A stretch of DNA of 27,373 nt from Chiloscyllium plagiosum (lineage: Eukaryota). Made by a program: the position numbers and the translations under genes. Shown here one piece after another: positions 9,320-21,040 of the stretch. Numbering within the stretch: the first letter of the stretch is position 1; each line of letters opens with the position of its first letter. Below the pieces are notes generated by a model, which saw only the letters and a list, made by a program, of their open reading frames with translations, did not search any database and was not told the origin of the DNA. The DNA lies in contig NC_057749.1 in the NCBI RefSeq assembly GCF_004010195.1, positions 20,941,674-20,969,046 on the forward strand, given 5' to 3'.

Positions 9320-9808
9320 GGTAAAAATAACACTCCCATTTCAGATGCAGAAATGAAATAATTTACTCTCTCAGAGGATTATTACTCCTCGGTATTGACC
9401 TGGACAGCGAGTGGTGCAGGGGGACTCATTGAGTATATTCAAGACTGAATTAGACAGTGTTTTGATTGATTGAGGGAGTCAAGGTTATGAGGTCAGACAA
9501 GGAAAGTGGAGTGAATCCAGAATTAAAGGGCATTGTTTTAAAATTAGGGGTTGCCGTTTCGGGAGTGAAATGAGGAGGATTCTTTCCTCAGAGGGTTGCG
9601 TGACTTTGGAACTCTCTGTCTCAAAAAGCATTGGAGGTGGATCATTGAATATGTTTAAGACAGAGGTGAATGGAGCCTTGATAGGTAAGGACAGATTAAT
9701 GAGAGACAATAGAAATGTAGAATTCAAAGCACGAACAACTCAGCCACATTCTTATTCAATGGCGGAATGAGCTTGATGGGCCAAATGGCCTACTGCTGCT
9801 TCTGTTTT
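9320..9808 (+). mobile_element. Two tandem decayed CR1 3'-end fragments (~9320-9510, ~9515-9808)
   Basis: Two copies of TCATTGA.TAT.TT.AAGAC.GA (SLNIFK.E) and tail GATGGGCCAAATGGCCTACTGCTGCT. Confidence 0.7.
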
Positions 9809-9894
9809 GCATTACGCCAACTGTTCACATCCAGTGCGACACATTCAGTTCTGAAAAAGATTTACACCAGACTGAAAGTGTTATCTCTGGTCGC

Positions 9895-10078
9895 TGCTAC
9901 GTTTTCAGAATATTGAATGCATCTATGAAAAGAAGATATTATTCAAGCAAAAGCTAAAACCGAGCGACGTGTTTTGAAACTTCCATCTCTGGGAGATGCC
10001 AGAAACATGAAACTTGTTGTTTTTAGTGATGCTTCTTATGCAAATTTCTGTCATAGGTTCTCAAGTGCGGGAGGATTT
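9895..10078 (+). mobile_element. Ty1/Copia pol fragment: RT/RNase H junction and RNase H N-terminus
   Basis: Frame from 9962 reads ERRVLKLPSLGDARNMKLVVFSDASYANFCHRFSSAGGF (Copia RNase H FSDA motif). Confidence 0.8.
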
Positions 10079-10291
10079 TAATGGGGCCAGCCAGGTGGAT
10101 CTTATAGAATATGAGTTCCCTGATTGGGGTCCAATCAGAGAGCCCTGGTTGACAGATACGAACAGGAGTGTTAGACATCCTGTTCACTCTGAAAGGTGGC
10201 TCTGAGAGAGCAGGATCAGTGTCAAAGACTTTCCACAGGTAAGTAAAGGAGGACTTGGTAATGGGACACCGGCCTTTGTGGAGTTATTTCA
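10079..10291 (+). mobile_element. Gypsy 5' LTR (5' end not resolved)
   Basis: Ends TTATTTCA, followed directly by PBS-like GTGGTAACAAG and a gag; CCAAT and AGTAAA (10241) inside. Confidence 0.65.
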
Positions 10292-11135
10292 GTGGTAACA
10301 AGAGAAAAACACTGTCCTGAAGAGATTTGCTTGCAACAGTCATCTTTGAGTTGGGGTAAGCATTTTTGGTGACATTCTGTTATTTGGGAAGCTTGACTCA
10401 TTTGATCCTGCTATCGAAGATTGGGCCCAGTTTGTGGAAAGAATGCATTATTTTCTCTGGGCAAATGACATTGGGGCAGATGGAAAGCAATGAATAATTG
10501 TCCTGATAGATTGTGGAACTGCCATTTTTCCAGTTATTAGGGACCTATCCCTGAGGCACCAGACACTGAAACCTTCCAAGAGTTGATGGATACCAGTACG
10601 ATATATTCCTACCCCAAACCTCCTCCAGTTCTGAGACACTACTCAGCAATTTGAGAGCCAGGGGAATCTGTATCAGGATTTTTGACTAAGTTAAGATGAC
10701 TGCCAGAGGCTTGTGATTGGTTTATCCCTTAATAAGATGCTGAGAGATTGTTTGGTATGTGGGATTAATAACGTAACCATGCAAAACCATCTAGTAGCTG
10801 AAGCCTCCCTGGACTGCTTCAAGCAGGTACTACAGGCTTTATCACTGGGAAATGCAGTAAGTGGAGCATATGAGTTACAGGATATTCTGATGGGAGTGGA
10901 CACCCTCGCCAGTCTGATTGAGCTTGGGGAACACCACTTGAGTGAAGACACAGCCTCACTCAGAACATATCCTGAACAGCGGGACTCTAGGTCAGCCCAC
11001 AGCAAAACCCCAAAACAAAGCCAATCCTCAGTCAAACGGTTAAAATTTTCTTTAGGATCTGGCTGGCAAGGCATTGTAGCTGCTGCTGGTATGCGGACTT
11101 GAGACAGCAAAAGATTCCCTCTAGACCTAAATTAA
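10292..11135 (+). mobile_element. Gypsy internal region: PBS and decayed gag
   Basis: From 10374: ILLFGKLDSFDPAIEDWAQFVERMHYFLWANDI..VLIDCG; later MLRDCLVCGINNVTMQNHLVAE (Gypsy gag LRDRLVCGI-type motif). Confidence 0.85.
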
Positions 11136-11140
11136 GTAAT

Positions 11141-11284
11141 CTCAGACTTTATTAGCGACTCTCATTGTAACGCTGCAGCAAGAATGCTGTGTGCTCAGGG
11201 ACATGCGCACAGGCTAACTCACGCAAACCGTAACATTATCGCATTCTCCCAGCTCTACACTCACTCACTCACTCTGTGCTACAG
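11141..11284 (-). repeat. Unclassified repeat fragment, inverted homolog of 14650-14787
   Basis: Reverse complement shares GCACAGAGTGAGTGAG, GAGAATGC, TGTCCCTGAGCACA and GTTACAATGAGA blocks with 14650-14787. Confidence 0.7.
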
Positions 11285-11577
11285 ATATAGATATGGAATT
11301 TTTATGAACAAACTTATTAAGAAATTTCTGAAAGATATTCAGCAGCCACACCGAGTGCCACATCAATCACAAAATCACAATGGCATCAACAAAATGCATG
11401 CATAACAAAGGACTGAGGAACGATCTTGCAGTTTTGAAACAGGTAGTGGAGACTGAAGAGATCTCCAGATTGAAATGGGTGGGTATCAGCAATCAGCTAT
11501 CTGATTGTTTTCCAAAGAAAGCAGCAATTTCTAAGAAACTGTTGGACTTACTGAGAAATGGACACTTGGAACTTTAA
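11285..11577 (+). mobile_element. Ty1/Copia RNase H C-terminus to pol stop
   Basis: TECHINHK..STKCMHNKGLRNDLAVLKQVVETEEISRLKWVGISNQLSDCFPKKAAISKKLLDLLRNGHLEL* (cf. Copia W....QLAD.LTK). Confidence 0.82.
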
Positions 11578-14390
11578 GAAGAACTAGAAGCAGGAGTAGG
11601 CCGTCTGGCCCTTCGAGCCTACTCCACCATTCAATAAGATCATGGTTGATCTTTTCGTGGATGCAGATCCATGTACCTGCGCTCTCATCATGTCCCTTAA
11701 TTCCTTTACTGTTCAAAAAAATCTACCTTAGCTTTAAAAACGTTTTCTGAGCTAGCCTCAACTACTTCACTGGGCAAGGACTTCCATAGATCTACAACCT
11801 TTGGGTGAAGATGTTCCTTCTCAATTCAGTCATGAATCTGCTCCCTTTAATCTTGAGGCTATGTCCTCTTGTCCTAGTTTCACCTGCCAGAGGAAACATC
11901 CTCTATACCTCTGTCTTATCTATTCCCTTCATAATTTTATATGTTTCTATAAGATCCTCTCTCAATCTTCTGAATTCCAATGAATATAATCCCTGTCTGG
12001 TCAGTTTCTCCACATAAACCAACCCCCTCAACTCCAGAATCAACCCTAGTGAACCTCCTCTGCACCCCCTCCAGTGCCAGAACATCTTTTCCCAAGTAAG
12101 GAGACCAGAACTGCACACAGTACTCCAGGTGTGGCCTCACCAGCACCCAATACAGCTGTAACATAACCTCACTGCTTTTAAACTCAATCCCTTTAGCAAT
12201 GAATGACAAAATTCCATTTGCCTTTCTAATTATCTGTTGTACCTGCAGACCAACCTTCTGTGATTCATGCGCAAGGATACCCAGGTCCCTCTGCATAGCA
12301 GCATGCTTCAACCTTTTACCATTCAAGTAATAATCCTTTTTTACTGTTACTCCTACCAAAATGGATGACCTCACATTTATTAACATTGTATTCCATCTGC
12401 CAGACCTTTGCCCACTCACCTAAACTATCTATGTCCTTCTGCATAGTTTCACAGTCCTCTGCACACTTTGCTCTGCCACTCATCTTAGTGTCAACTGCAC
12501 ACTTTGACACACTACTCGTGGTCCCCAATTCCAAATCATCTGTATAAATTGTGAATAATTGCAGTCCCAACACCGATCCCTGAGGCACACCCTATCACTG
12601 ATTGCCAGCCAGAATAGCACTGATTTATTCCCACTCTTTGCTTCCTGTTAGTCAACCAATCCTCTATCCATGCTAATACTTTACCCCAACTCCATGCATA
12701 CTTATTTTATGCAGCAGTCCCTTGTGTGGCATGTTGTCTTTTGAAGATCTATTGAAAATCTAGGTACACTACATCCACTGGGTCCCCATTGTCCACCTTG
12801 CTTGTAATGTCTTCATAGAATTCCAAAAGATTTGTCAAACGTGACCTGCCCTTCATGAACCCATGCTGCATCTGCTCAACGGGGCAATTTCTATCGGGAT
12901 GCCTTGCTATTTCTTCTTTGATAATAGACTCAAGCATCTTCCCCACTACAGAGGTTAAGCTAAACAGTCTATAATTCCCCATCTTTTGTCTCCCTCCCTT
13001 TTTAAACAGTGGCATCACATTTGCTGTTTTCTCATTTGCTGGGACTGCCCCAGAATTACCGCAGTGCACCTGCTATTTCTCCCACCAGCTCTTTTAGTAC
13101 CCTGGGATACATTCCATCAGGGCCAGGAGACTTGTCTATCCTTAGCTCCATTAGTTTGCCCCACACTACCTCTTCTGTAATAACGATTGTTTCCAGGTCT
13201 TCACCTACCTTCATCAATCACTGACATGTTATTAGTGTCCTCCACTGTGAAGACCGATACAAAATATCTGTTCAATGCCTCCTCCATTTCATCATATCCC
13301 ATAACTAAATGTCCTTTCTCATCCTTGAAAGGACCAATGTTTATTCTAGCCCCTCTTTTTCATTTTATGTACTTAGAGAAACTTTCGCTATCTGTCTTTG
13401 TATTCTGTGCTAGATGTTTCTCGTGATCTATCTTATTTTTCTTTATAGCTCATTTTGTGGCTTTCTGTTGACCTTGAAAATTATCCCAATCTTCTAGTTT
13501 CATGTTGTTTTTGGTCACTTTGTCTGCCCTCTCTGTTTTAAATTGGTAGTCTCCCTTATTTGCTTAGACACCAATGGCAGATCACCCCTTTTCTTACAGT
13601 CCTTTTTATTCAGTGGAATATACTTTTTCTGAGCACTTCGAAAAATTACTTTGAAAGTCCTCCACTGCTCATCAGCAGTCCCACCATAAAATCTTTGTTT
13701 CCAGTCTATTTTAGCCAAGTCCTCCCTCATTCTATTGCAGTCTCCCTTGTTTAAACACAGGACCCTGGCATTGGATTTTATCTTCACACTCTCCATCTGT
13801 ATTCTAACTTCAATCATACTCCTTCCAAGAGAATCCCTAACTATGAAGTCATTAATTGTTCCTGTCTCATTACACAGGGCCAGATTTAGGCTAGCTTGCT
13901 TCCACGTCAGTTCCATTACATACTGTTCAAGAAAACTATCACAGATACACTTAACAATCTCCTCCTCAAGGCTACCCTGACCGAGCTGGTTCTACCTATC
14001 AACATGTAGATTAAAATCCCCCATAATAATTGCCGTACCATTTTTACAGGCATTCGTTATTTCCTTGTTTATTGCCCATCCCAATGTGATGTTATTATTT
14101 GGTGGCCTATAGACTTTGCCTATCAGTGACTTTTTCCTCATAGAATTTCTAATTTCCACCAAAATGGATTAACCTCATTCTCCATAGAACCTATACCATC
14201 GCTCAGCACTGCCCTAATGCCTTCCTTGAATATGAGAGCTACACCACCTCCCTTACCTTCCTGTCGGTCCTTCCAAATAGTCGCGTATCCCGGGATATTT
14301 AACTCCCAATCTTGACCATCCTGTAACCATGTCTGCGTAATGGCTACCAAATCATATTCGTTCGTGATGATCTGTGCCGTTAACTCATCA
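11578..14390 (-). mobile_element. CR1 LINE, almost complete ORF2 (APE+RT) and 3' tail, decayed
   Basis: [65 protein letters not shown]. Confidence 0.95.
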
Positions 14391-14469
14391 TAATGCCGTT
14401 AACTTAATGGGCAAAGAAAACATGGAACTAGGATGTGTTGTCATTTTGTATGCTTTGTTTGTTTTTGAT

Positions 14470-15278
14470 ACCCGCTCCCCCCAACCTTGACAGAGGATAG
14501 CTGACAACGGGGACAAGATTCCTGCGTTTGTGTCTGAGCTAAATGTCGAAGGCAGACAGCAGTACCATGAGATCCTGGTATCTCTGACTGAAGAGGACAC
14601 ACACAGAAAAACAATTTAAGGCAAGGCAGGCATCCTGTGAGCATCAGGTAGGCACAGAGTGAGTGAGAGAAGAGCTAAGAGAATGCAATGGTGTTAAGGT
14701 TTAGGTTGGTTAGCTCAGGTATTTGTCCCTGAGCACATGGTGTTTTTGCTGCTCTGTTACAATGAGAATTGTTAGTGCAGGCTGAGATCCAGTATTAAAG
14801 TGCAGAAGTGCCTACAGGTGAATCAGATATGTGCCATAAGCATTCTTAGTGGCGGGCACATGCCAGATGCCAATGTTGGTAGATGTGGGAATGCATATGG
14901 CCAGTGCCCATGGGCGTATTGGTGCCTGGTTTCCAACATGGAGGTCATTTGGAGCAAAGCAGTGAGCTGAAGTCATTAGGTACCCATTTTGGTTTCCATG
15001 ATGGGTTTGCCCAGTGGCTAGTTTGTTCGGAGAGGTTGATAAGATCGGAACACGAATATTAATGAGGCAAGTAGGGCCATCAACAAATGTTAAGGACATT
15101 CAATTGCCAACTCGACCCTGCCTGGTCAGAATCTGGACACACTGCTTATGAAAAGGGTAAAAGATGGAGTGAAGTGATCTTGGTATCAAGATTAGCTTTG
15201 CCAAACGTTCTTGTCTGAATCGGTCACAAATCCCACTGTGGCCCAGGTCATCACACAGATCCATATAAGCTTCGACCT
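14470..15278. repeat. Unclassified interspersed repeat, possibly a non-autonomous DNA transposon
   Basis: Compositionally distinct block abutting the broken Copia RT at 15279; part has a second inverted copy at 11141-11284. Confidence 0.4.
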
Positions 15279-17125
15279 GATGTTTTCAAATTCATTGCTC
15301 CTACCCCATAAAAAAACCATCCACATGCATAATAACGATGTCTGAAAACTGCCCCTCATGATGCCATTAAAATATGGCATGATTTGCTTTTAACTAAAAA
15401 TAGTCCAATTGTAACCTTACTGAAAAGAAGCAAACTCTAGAGGCATTATTTAGGTCATTTACACATTGAACTTCCAGAATGTCCCCATTGTGCTGAGTGT
15501 CTGACTGTTTCTCCTACTCTTGGTAAATCTATCTTGATGCCCCACTTTTTCTTCAGACCTCATGTCCTCTAGCCTTGCTTTAGCCTTTAAGTCTTATTGG
15601 GGGAGTCTTTCCAATGCATCTCCAGTTATGTGGTAGGGGGTCAACCAGCCATTTCTGACACCTCTGCCCACCCCAAATTCTCTCCATCCTTGTAGTTTTT
15701 GATGTTTGGTACCTTTTATTCACTTGTCTTCTAGCTTGCTTGTGGACGCCAAGATTTTCCAATCACATGGGTTCCTGTTCCATGTGGTATTCCTGGTTTG
15801 CACCATATTTCTTGACCTTCTTAAACTACATCCTCCATCTTGCCTTCTCTTTCTTTTTGGGCTGCTACAGTTTGACCTGCTCTTCCTACTAATAGGATTT
15901 CTTTCAATTGTTGCTGTGCTCTTTTGAGGGGCATATTTGCCCCAGCATCCAATGTTTGAACCATTTTCTTGCCTTCCAGCTTTGTATTTCTTGTTCCTAA
16001 TCCATGGGTCCCAAATCCATGTAACTCCTTACCCTTCACCATGTACCTTCATTTAGTTTTCATATTTCTCAGTGGTCCTCGCTGCTCTACTTACGATAGT
16101 TGGATTTCTGTATTGGCTTGTTCTTTGTGACTAACGGCCTCATATTGACCATCAGAAAATTATGGCAGTTTGATCATTATAACTGTCCAACATTTGAGTA
16201 GGACAGGAACCAGGCTCCTCTCTATTTTCAGTAATCCCTTCAGAATCTGCAAATTTGTAATCTGCACCAAACAATCTCGAACAGTCTGGTTCCAATAATG
16301 TACAGTTACTTTTCTGTTTTTACCAATAACCTTTGCTGGACCTCTTTGTCCTTTATGCCCTTCTTAATTGTAATAAACTGTATTGCCTTGATCAAAATTG
16401 GCTTCCAATGTCCTTATCTGGTATCTTAAAGCTTCTGAACGTGTTCTGAGACTTCAGCTTTGGTGAAAGCCTTTCTATCTATCGACAGTGCAGTCAAATG
16501 TTCTGAAAGAGTAGAGCTCACTACAGCCTCTTCTGAAGACTGGGAGATGATCACTAATGGAACTTTAGGATTCTGAGTGAAAACTAACTAACTAACTGGA
16601 CCATATCCTTCCAATATCTGTAACAAATGCTTAGCATGTACCACACATGGTAGTGGAGACAATAAATTTGCAGTTTTGCTGATCACCCAAAATTTGATGA
16701 ACCATTGCATTCATTACTGTATGGTTACTTTTACTCTCCCCATTGGTAAAGTATGTATTTATAACTATTATGTGCATATTCATGCACACATCTCTGCTGT
16801 ATTTATAACTATTATGTGCATATTCATGCACACATCTCTGAATTCATTATTAGCAAAATTCCCCCCCCCCTCCCCCATTATCACTGAGAGGTTTTGTCAG
16901 TGGTTCAAGTCCACTCCCTATTATCACTTATTTCCATTACTTTATCTACAATTATTATTACATGACAATTATATTTATTCTGTACTATTGTTGTTACAAA
17001 ATGTAAAATGATTTTTTTTCTTCATCCCATGCTTCCAAATCCACGGCTACTAACTCATTGAAATCTCTTACTAAGAATATGCACCGTGATGGTTTCCTTC
17101 AGTCTTTCTCACAAATCTCACATTG
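15279..17125 (-). mobile_element. Ty1/Copia pol: integrase core and RT N-half, decayed
   Basis: QCEICEK..RDFNELVAVDL (17125-17035), LSDNGG..EFANNEFRDVC (~16890-16830), LKAKARL (~15590), IVIMHVDG (15340-15317); IN upstream of RT is Copia order. Confidence 0.85.
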
Positions 17126-19282
17126 CTGGGGGAAAGGCAATTATGATGCGATTAGGCAAGATTTAGGATATATACGATAGGGAAGGAAACTGCAGGGAAT
17201 GAACACAATTGAAATGTGGAGCTTATTCAAGGAACAGCTACTGCGTGTCCTTGATAAGTATGTACCTGTCAGGCAGGGAGGAACTTGTCAAGCGAGGGAG
17301 CCAGGGTTTACTAGAGAAGTTGAAGCTCTTGTCAAGAGGAGGAAGAAGGCTTATGTTAGCGTGAGATGTGAAGGCTCAGTTAGTGAGGTTGAGAGTTAGA
17401 AGTTAGCCAGGAAAGACCTAAGGAGGGAGCTAAGAAGAGCCAGGAAGAGACATGAGAAGTCGTTGGCAGACAGGATCAAGGAAAACCCTAAGGCTTTCTA
17501 TAGATATATCAGGAATAAAAGAATGACTAAAGTAAGATTAGGGCCAATCAAGGATAGTAGTGAGAAGTTGTGTGTGGAGTCTGAGGAGATAGGGGAAGCG
17601 CTAAATGAATATTTTTCATCAGTATTTACACTGGTAAAAAACAATTTAGTCAAGGAGAATACTGAGAAACAGGCTACTAGACTAGATGGGATTGAGGTTC
17701 ACAAGGAGGAGGTGGTAGAAATTCTGCAAAGTGTGAAAATAGATAAGTCCCCTGGGCCGGATGGGATTTATCCTGTGATTCTCTGGGAAGCCAAGGAGGA
17801 GATTACAGAGCCTTTGGCTTTGATCTTTATGTCATCATTGACTCCAGGAATAGTGCCGGAAGACTGGAGGATCGCAAATGTTGTCGCCTTATTCAAGAAG
17901 GGGAGTAGAGACAACCCTGGTAATTATAGACCAGTGAACCTCATTTCAGTTGTGGATAAAGTGTTGGAAAAGGTTAGAAGAGATAGGATTTACAATAATC
18001 TAGAAAGGAATAAGTTGATTACTGATAGTCAACATGGTTTTGTGAAGGGGAGGTCATGCTTTTCAAACCTTATTGAGTTCTTTGAGAAGGTAACCAAGCA
18101 GGTGGATGAGGGTAAAGTGATTGCTGTGGTGTATATGGATTTCAGATGGTGTTTGATAAGGTTTCCCATGGTAGGCTATTGTAGAAATTATGGAGGCATG
18201 GGATTGAGGATGATTTAGTGGTATGGATAAGAAATTGGCTAGCTGAAAGAAAACAGAAGGTGGTGGTTGATGGGAAATGTTCATCCTGGAGTTCAATTAC
18301 TAGTGGTGTACCGCAGGGATCTGTTTTGGAGCCACTGCTGTTTGTCATTTTTATAAATGACCTGGATGTGGGGGTAGAAGGATGGCTTAGTAAGTTTGCA
18401 AATAACACTAATGTCGGTCCAGTTGTGGATAGTCCCAAAGGATGTTATAGGTTGCAGAGGGACAAAGATAAGGTGCAGAGCTGGGCTGAGCAGAGGCAAA
18501 TGGAGTTTAATGTGGAAAAGTGTGAGGTGATTCACTTTGAAAAGAGTAACAGGAATATCGGTTAATGGTAAGATTCTTGTTAGTGTAGTTGAACAGATAG
18601 ATCTCAGTATCTATGTACATAGATTCCTGAAAGTTGCCACCCAGGTTGATAGGGTTGTAAAGATGGCATACGGTGTATTGGCTTTTATTGGTGGAGGGAT
18701 TGCGTTTCGGAGCCACGAGGTCATACTGCAGCTGTACAAAACTCTAGTGTGGCCACACTTGGAGTATTGCGTACAGTTCTGGTCACTGCATTATAGGAAG
18801 GGATGTGGAAGCTTTGGAAAGGATTCAGAGGAGATTTATTAGGATGTTGCCTGGTGCGGAGAGAAGGTCTTATGGGGAAAAGCTGAGGGACTTGAGGCTG
18901 TTTTTGAAAGAGAGAAGAAGGTTGAGAGGTGACTTAATTGAGACATATATGATAATCAGAGGGTTAGATAGGGTGGACAGTGAGAGCCTTTTTCCTTGGA
19001 TGGTGATGGCTAACACGGGGTGACATAGGTTTAAATTGAGGGGTTGATAGATATAGGACAGATGTCTGTGGTAGGTTCTTTACTCAGAGAGTAGTAGGGG
19101 TGTGGAATGCCCTGCCTGCAACAGTAGTGGACTCGCCAACTTTAAGGGCATTTAAATGGTCATTGGATAGGCAAATGGATGAAAATGGAACAGTGTAGGT
19201 TAGGCGGGCTTCAGATTGGTTCCACAGGTCGGCGCAACATCGAGGGCCAAGGGCTCTGTACTGCGCTGGAATGTTCTATGTC
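17126..19282 (+). mobile_element. CR1 LINE, 5'-truncated ORF2 RT and 3' tail
   Basis: [44 protein letters not shown]; tail ATGTTCTATGT; inserted in the Copia integrase. Confidence 0.95.
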
Positions 19283-19910
19283 CTTGATAACTTCTCTTCT
19301 ATGAGTTTATCAAACCTCCCATCTCTTATTCCTGCACCCTTTATTAAAAGTTTTCACCCTATAGAAGATGGATCATCAAATTAGCTCTGTAATTTTAACG
19401 CATTTAACTTCTAAATTTCTGCCTCTTGATGTCAATTACGCTCCCTTAATTTCTTTATATGGAGGTTATGTTCCATTAAAGGAACACTAATAGTACAATG
19501 AATGTATAAATTTCAAATTCACAAATTTTCCAAATGCATTAGCTTCGTTGCATTCCATATTCAGTTTCACCTGTGCTTTACTTACCGATGATCTACAATG
19601 GGATTTCAGTGGGCATTTCATCTGTGCTCAGGACATAACTAGTTTTAGCTTTCCCTTTTACAAGGAATATTCACTCCTTTTAAAGATTTTATTCTGTTAT
19701 CATCCCCAAATCTCTCAAATTCCTTAACTTTGTTTCAGACCTTTTCACTCTGAGAGTCTGAGTAGCATTTTCTACCAATCTATTCCACACATTGTAGACA
19801 TGCATTCACTGTCCAATGCTGCAAAATTGAAAAACTCTGAAACCAATATATGTTCATCACTAGGCTGAAATTTGTTGTATCCACCATAACGCAGTCCCTT
19901 TGATTTGTGT
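19283..19910 (-). mobile_element. Ty1/Copia protease and integrase N-terminus
   Basis: FAALDSECMSTMCG (aspartic protease LDSG-type site, LDSE at 19816-19805); ALKLQS*FDDPSS..LLIKGAGI; EVIK| joins |QCEIC across the CR1. Confidence 0.8.
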
Positions 19911-19917
19911 TTTTTTT

Positions 19918-20213
19918 TAGATTAGATTACTTACAGTGTGGAAACAGGCCCTTCGGCCCAACAAGTCCACACCGACCCGCCGAAGCGCAACCCACCCATA
20001 CCCCTACATTTACCCCTTACCTAACACTACGGACAATTTAGCATGACCAATTCACCTGGCCTGCACATCTTTGGACTGTGGGAGGAAACCGGAGCAAACC
20101 CACGCAGACACGGGGAGAATGTGCAAACTCCACACAGTTAGTCGCCTGAGGCGGGAATTGAACCCGGGTCTCTGGCGCTGTGAGGCAGCAGTGCTAACCA
20201 CTGTGCCACCGTG
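19918..20213 (-). mobile_element. Young near-full-length HE1-like SINE
   Basis: Intact A-box (TGGCACAGTGG) and B-box (GGTTCAATTCC), CpG-rich, (TCTAA)n tail; inserted in the Copia gag-PR linker. Confidence 0.93.
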
Positions 20214-21040
20214 TCTTCCTCTGAATCCTCCAATTCATGTTTAGTTTTGAAGATAACGATTGGGACAGTTCATGGCGTAATGGCAAGTTGAATTGCACCT
20301 AAAAGATCGATTGGCTACACCCTGAACATTTCTGAAGTTCTTTCAATTTTTGTCAATCTTAAATTCTGTTCAATTCTCAAAATTATCAAAAGTACTTCTA
20401 TTTTCATTTCTCTTAATTACAGTTCTCCTTTCACACTGTTGACCTGTATTGCAATGTTGTCCCCAATTTATTAACATTGTGTCCTCTATTTTCTGTCATA
20501 AAACTAAATCGTCTCTTTGTGTCAGTGATGCTGCTGGGAAGAAACACTTTCCTAAGAATTTTATTAGTGTTCCTGACTTTTGCTGCAGCAGTGTGTGTTT
20601 ATCTGCAAATTTAACTCCCCTCAAAACTAGGACTCTGTCCATTCTTGATACTTCGGTACAATCCGACAACTTAAATGCCAGCACAGATTGGGGAATTTCT
20701 AAATCAAATTTCTGCAGTCTTGCATACATTCTACTGAATTCCAAATTGCGCTGTTCCGCAGTGCAATTCTCAGTCTTTGTAAATTTGTCAAAATCTGACC
20801 ATGCCTCATAAACAGCCATCCTTTTGATAAATGTTGACGATGAAAGTTAACAATCTCTCCAACGCTTCATTCAAATCATCAGACTTCAATTCCAAATAAC
20901 AGTTTTGCTTCTTATTTTACTTCTGTGTGGTAATAAAAGTGCTAAGACCACATCTTGCTTCTTCTCTGGTAAAAAATACACAAACCTGGTCTATATTGTA
21001 ATTCCGCTCTTCCATAAGAATGATCATTCCCAGAAACTTC
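20214..21040 (-). mobile_element. Ty1/Copia gag with zinc knuckle
   Basis: YEAWSDFDKF..EFSRMYARLQKFDLEIPQSVLAFKL (ORF 20496-20819); NRSFRCNSTCHYAMNCPNR at ~20312-20256 (CX2CX4HX4C with first C lost). Confidence 0.8.

Noticed and set aside
16861..16870. Homopolymer C runs here and at 27317-27330
   Set aside because: Slippage expansions of G-rich codons in dead elements
20150..20213. tRNA-like A/B-box sequences here and in other SINE heads
   Set aside because: They continue into SINE bodies and tails, so they are not tRNA genes
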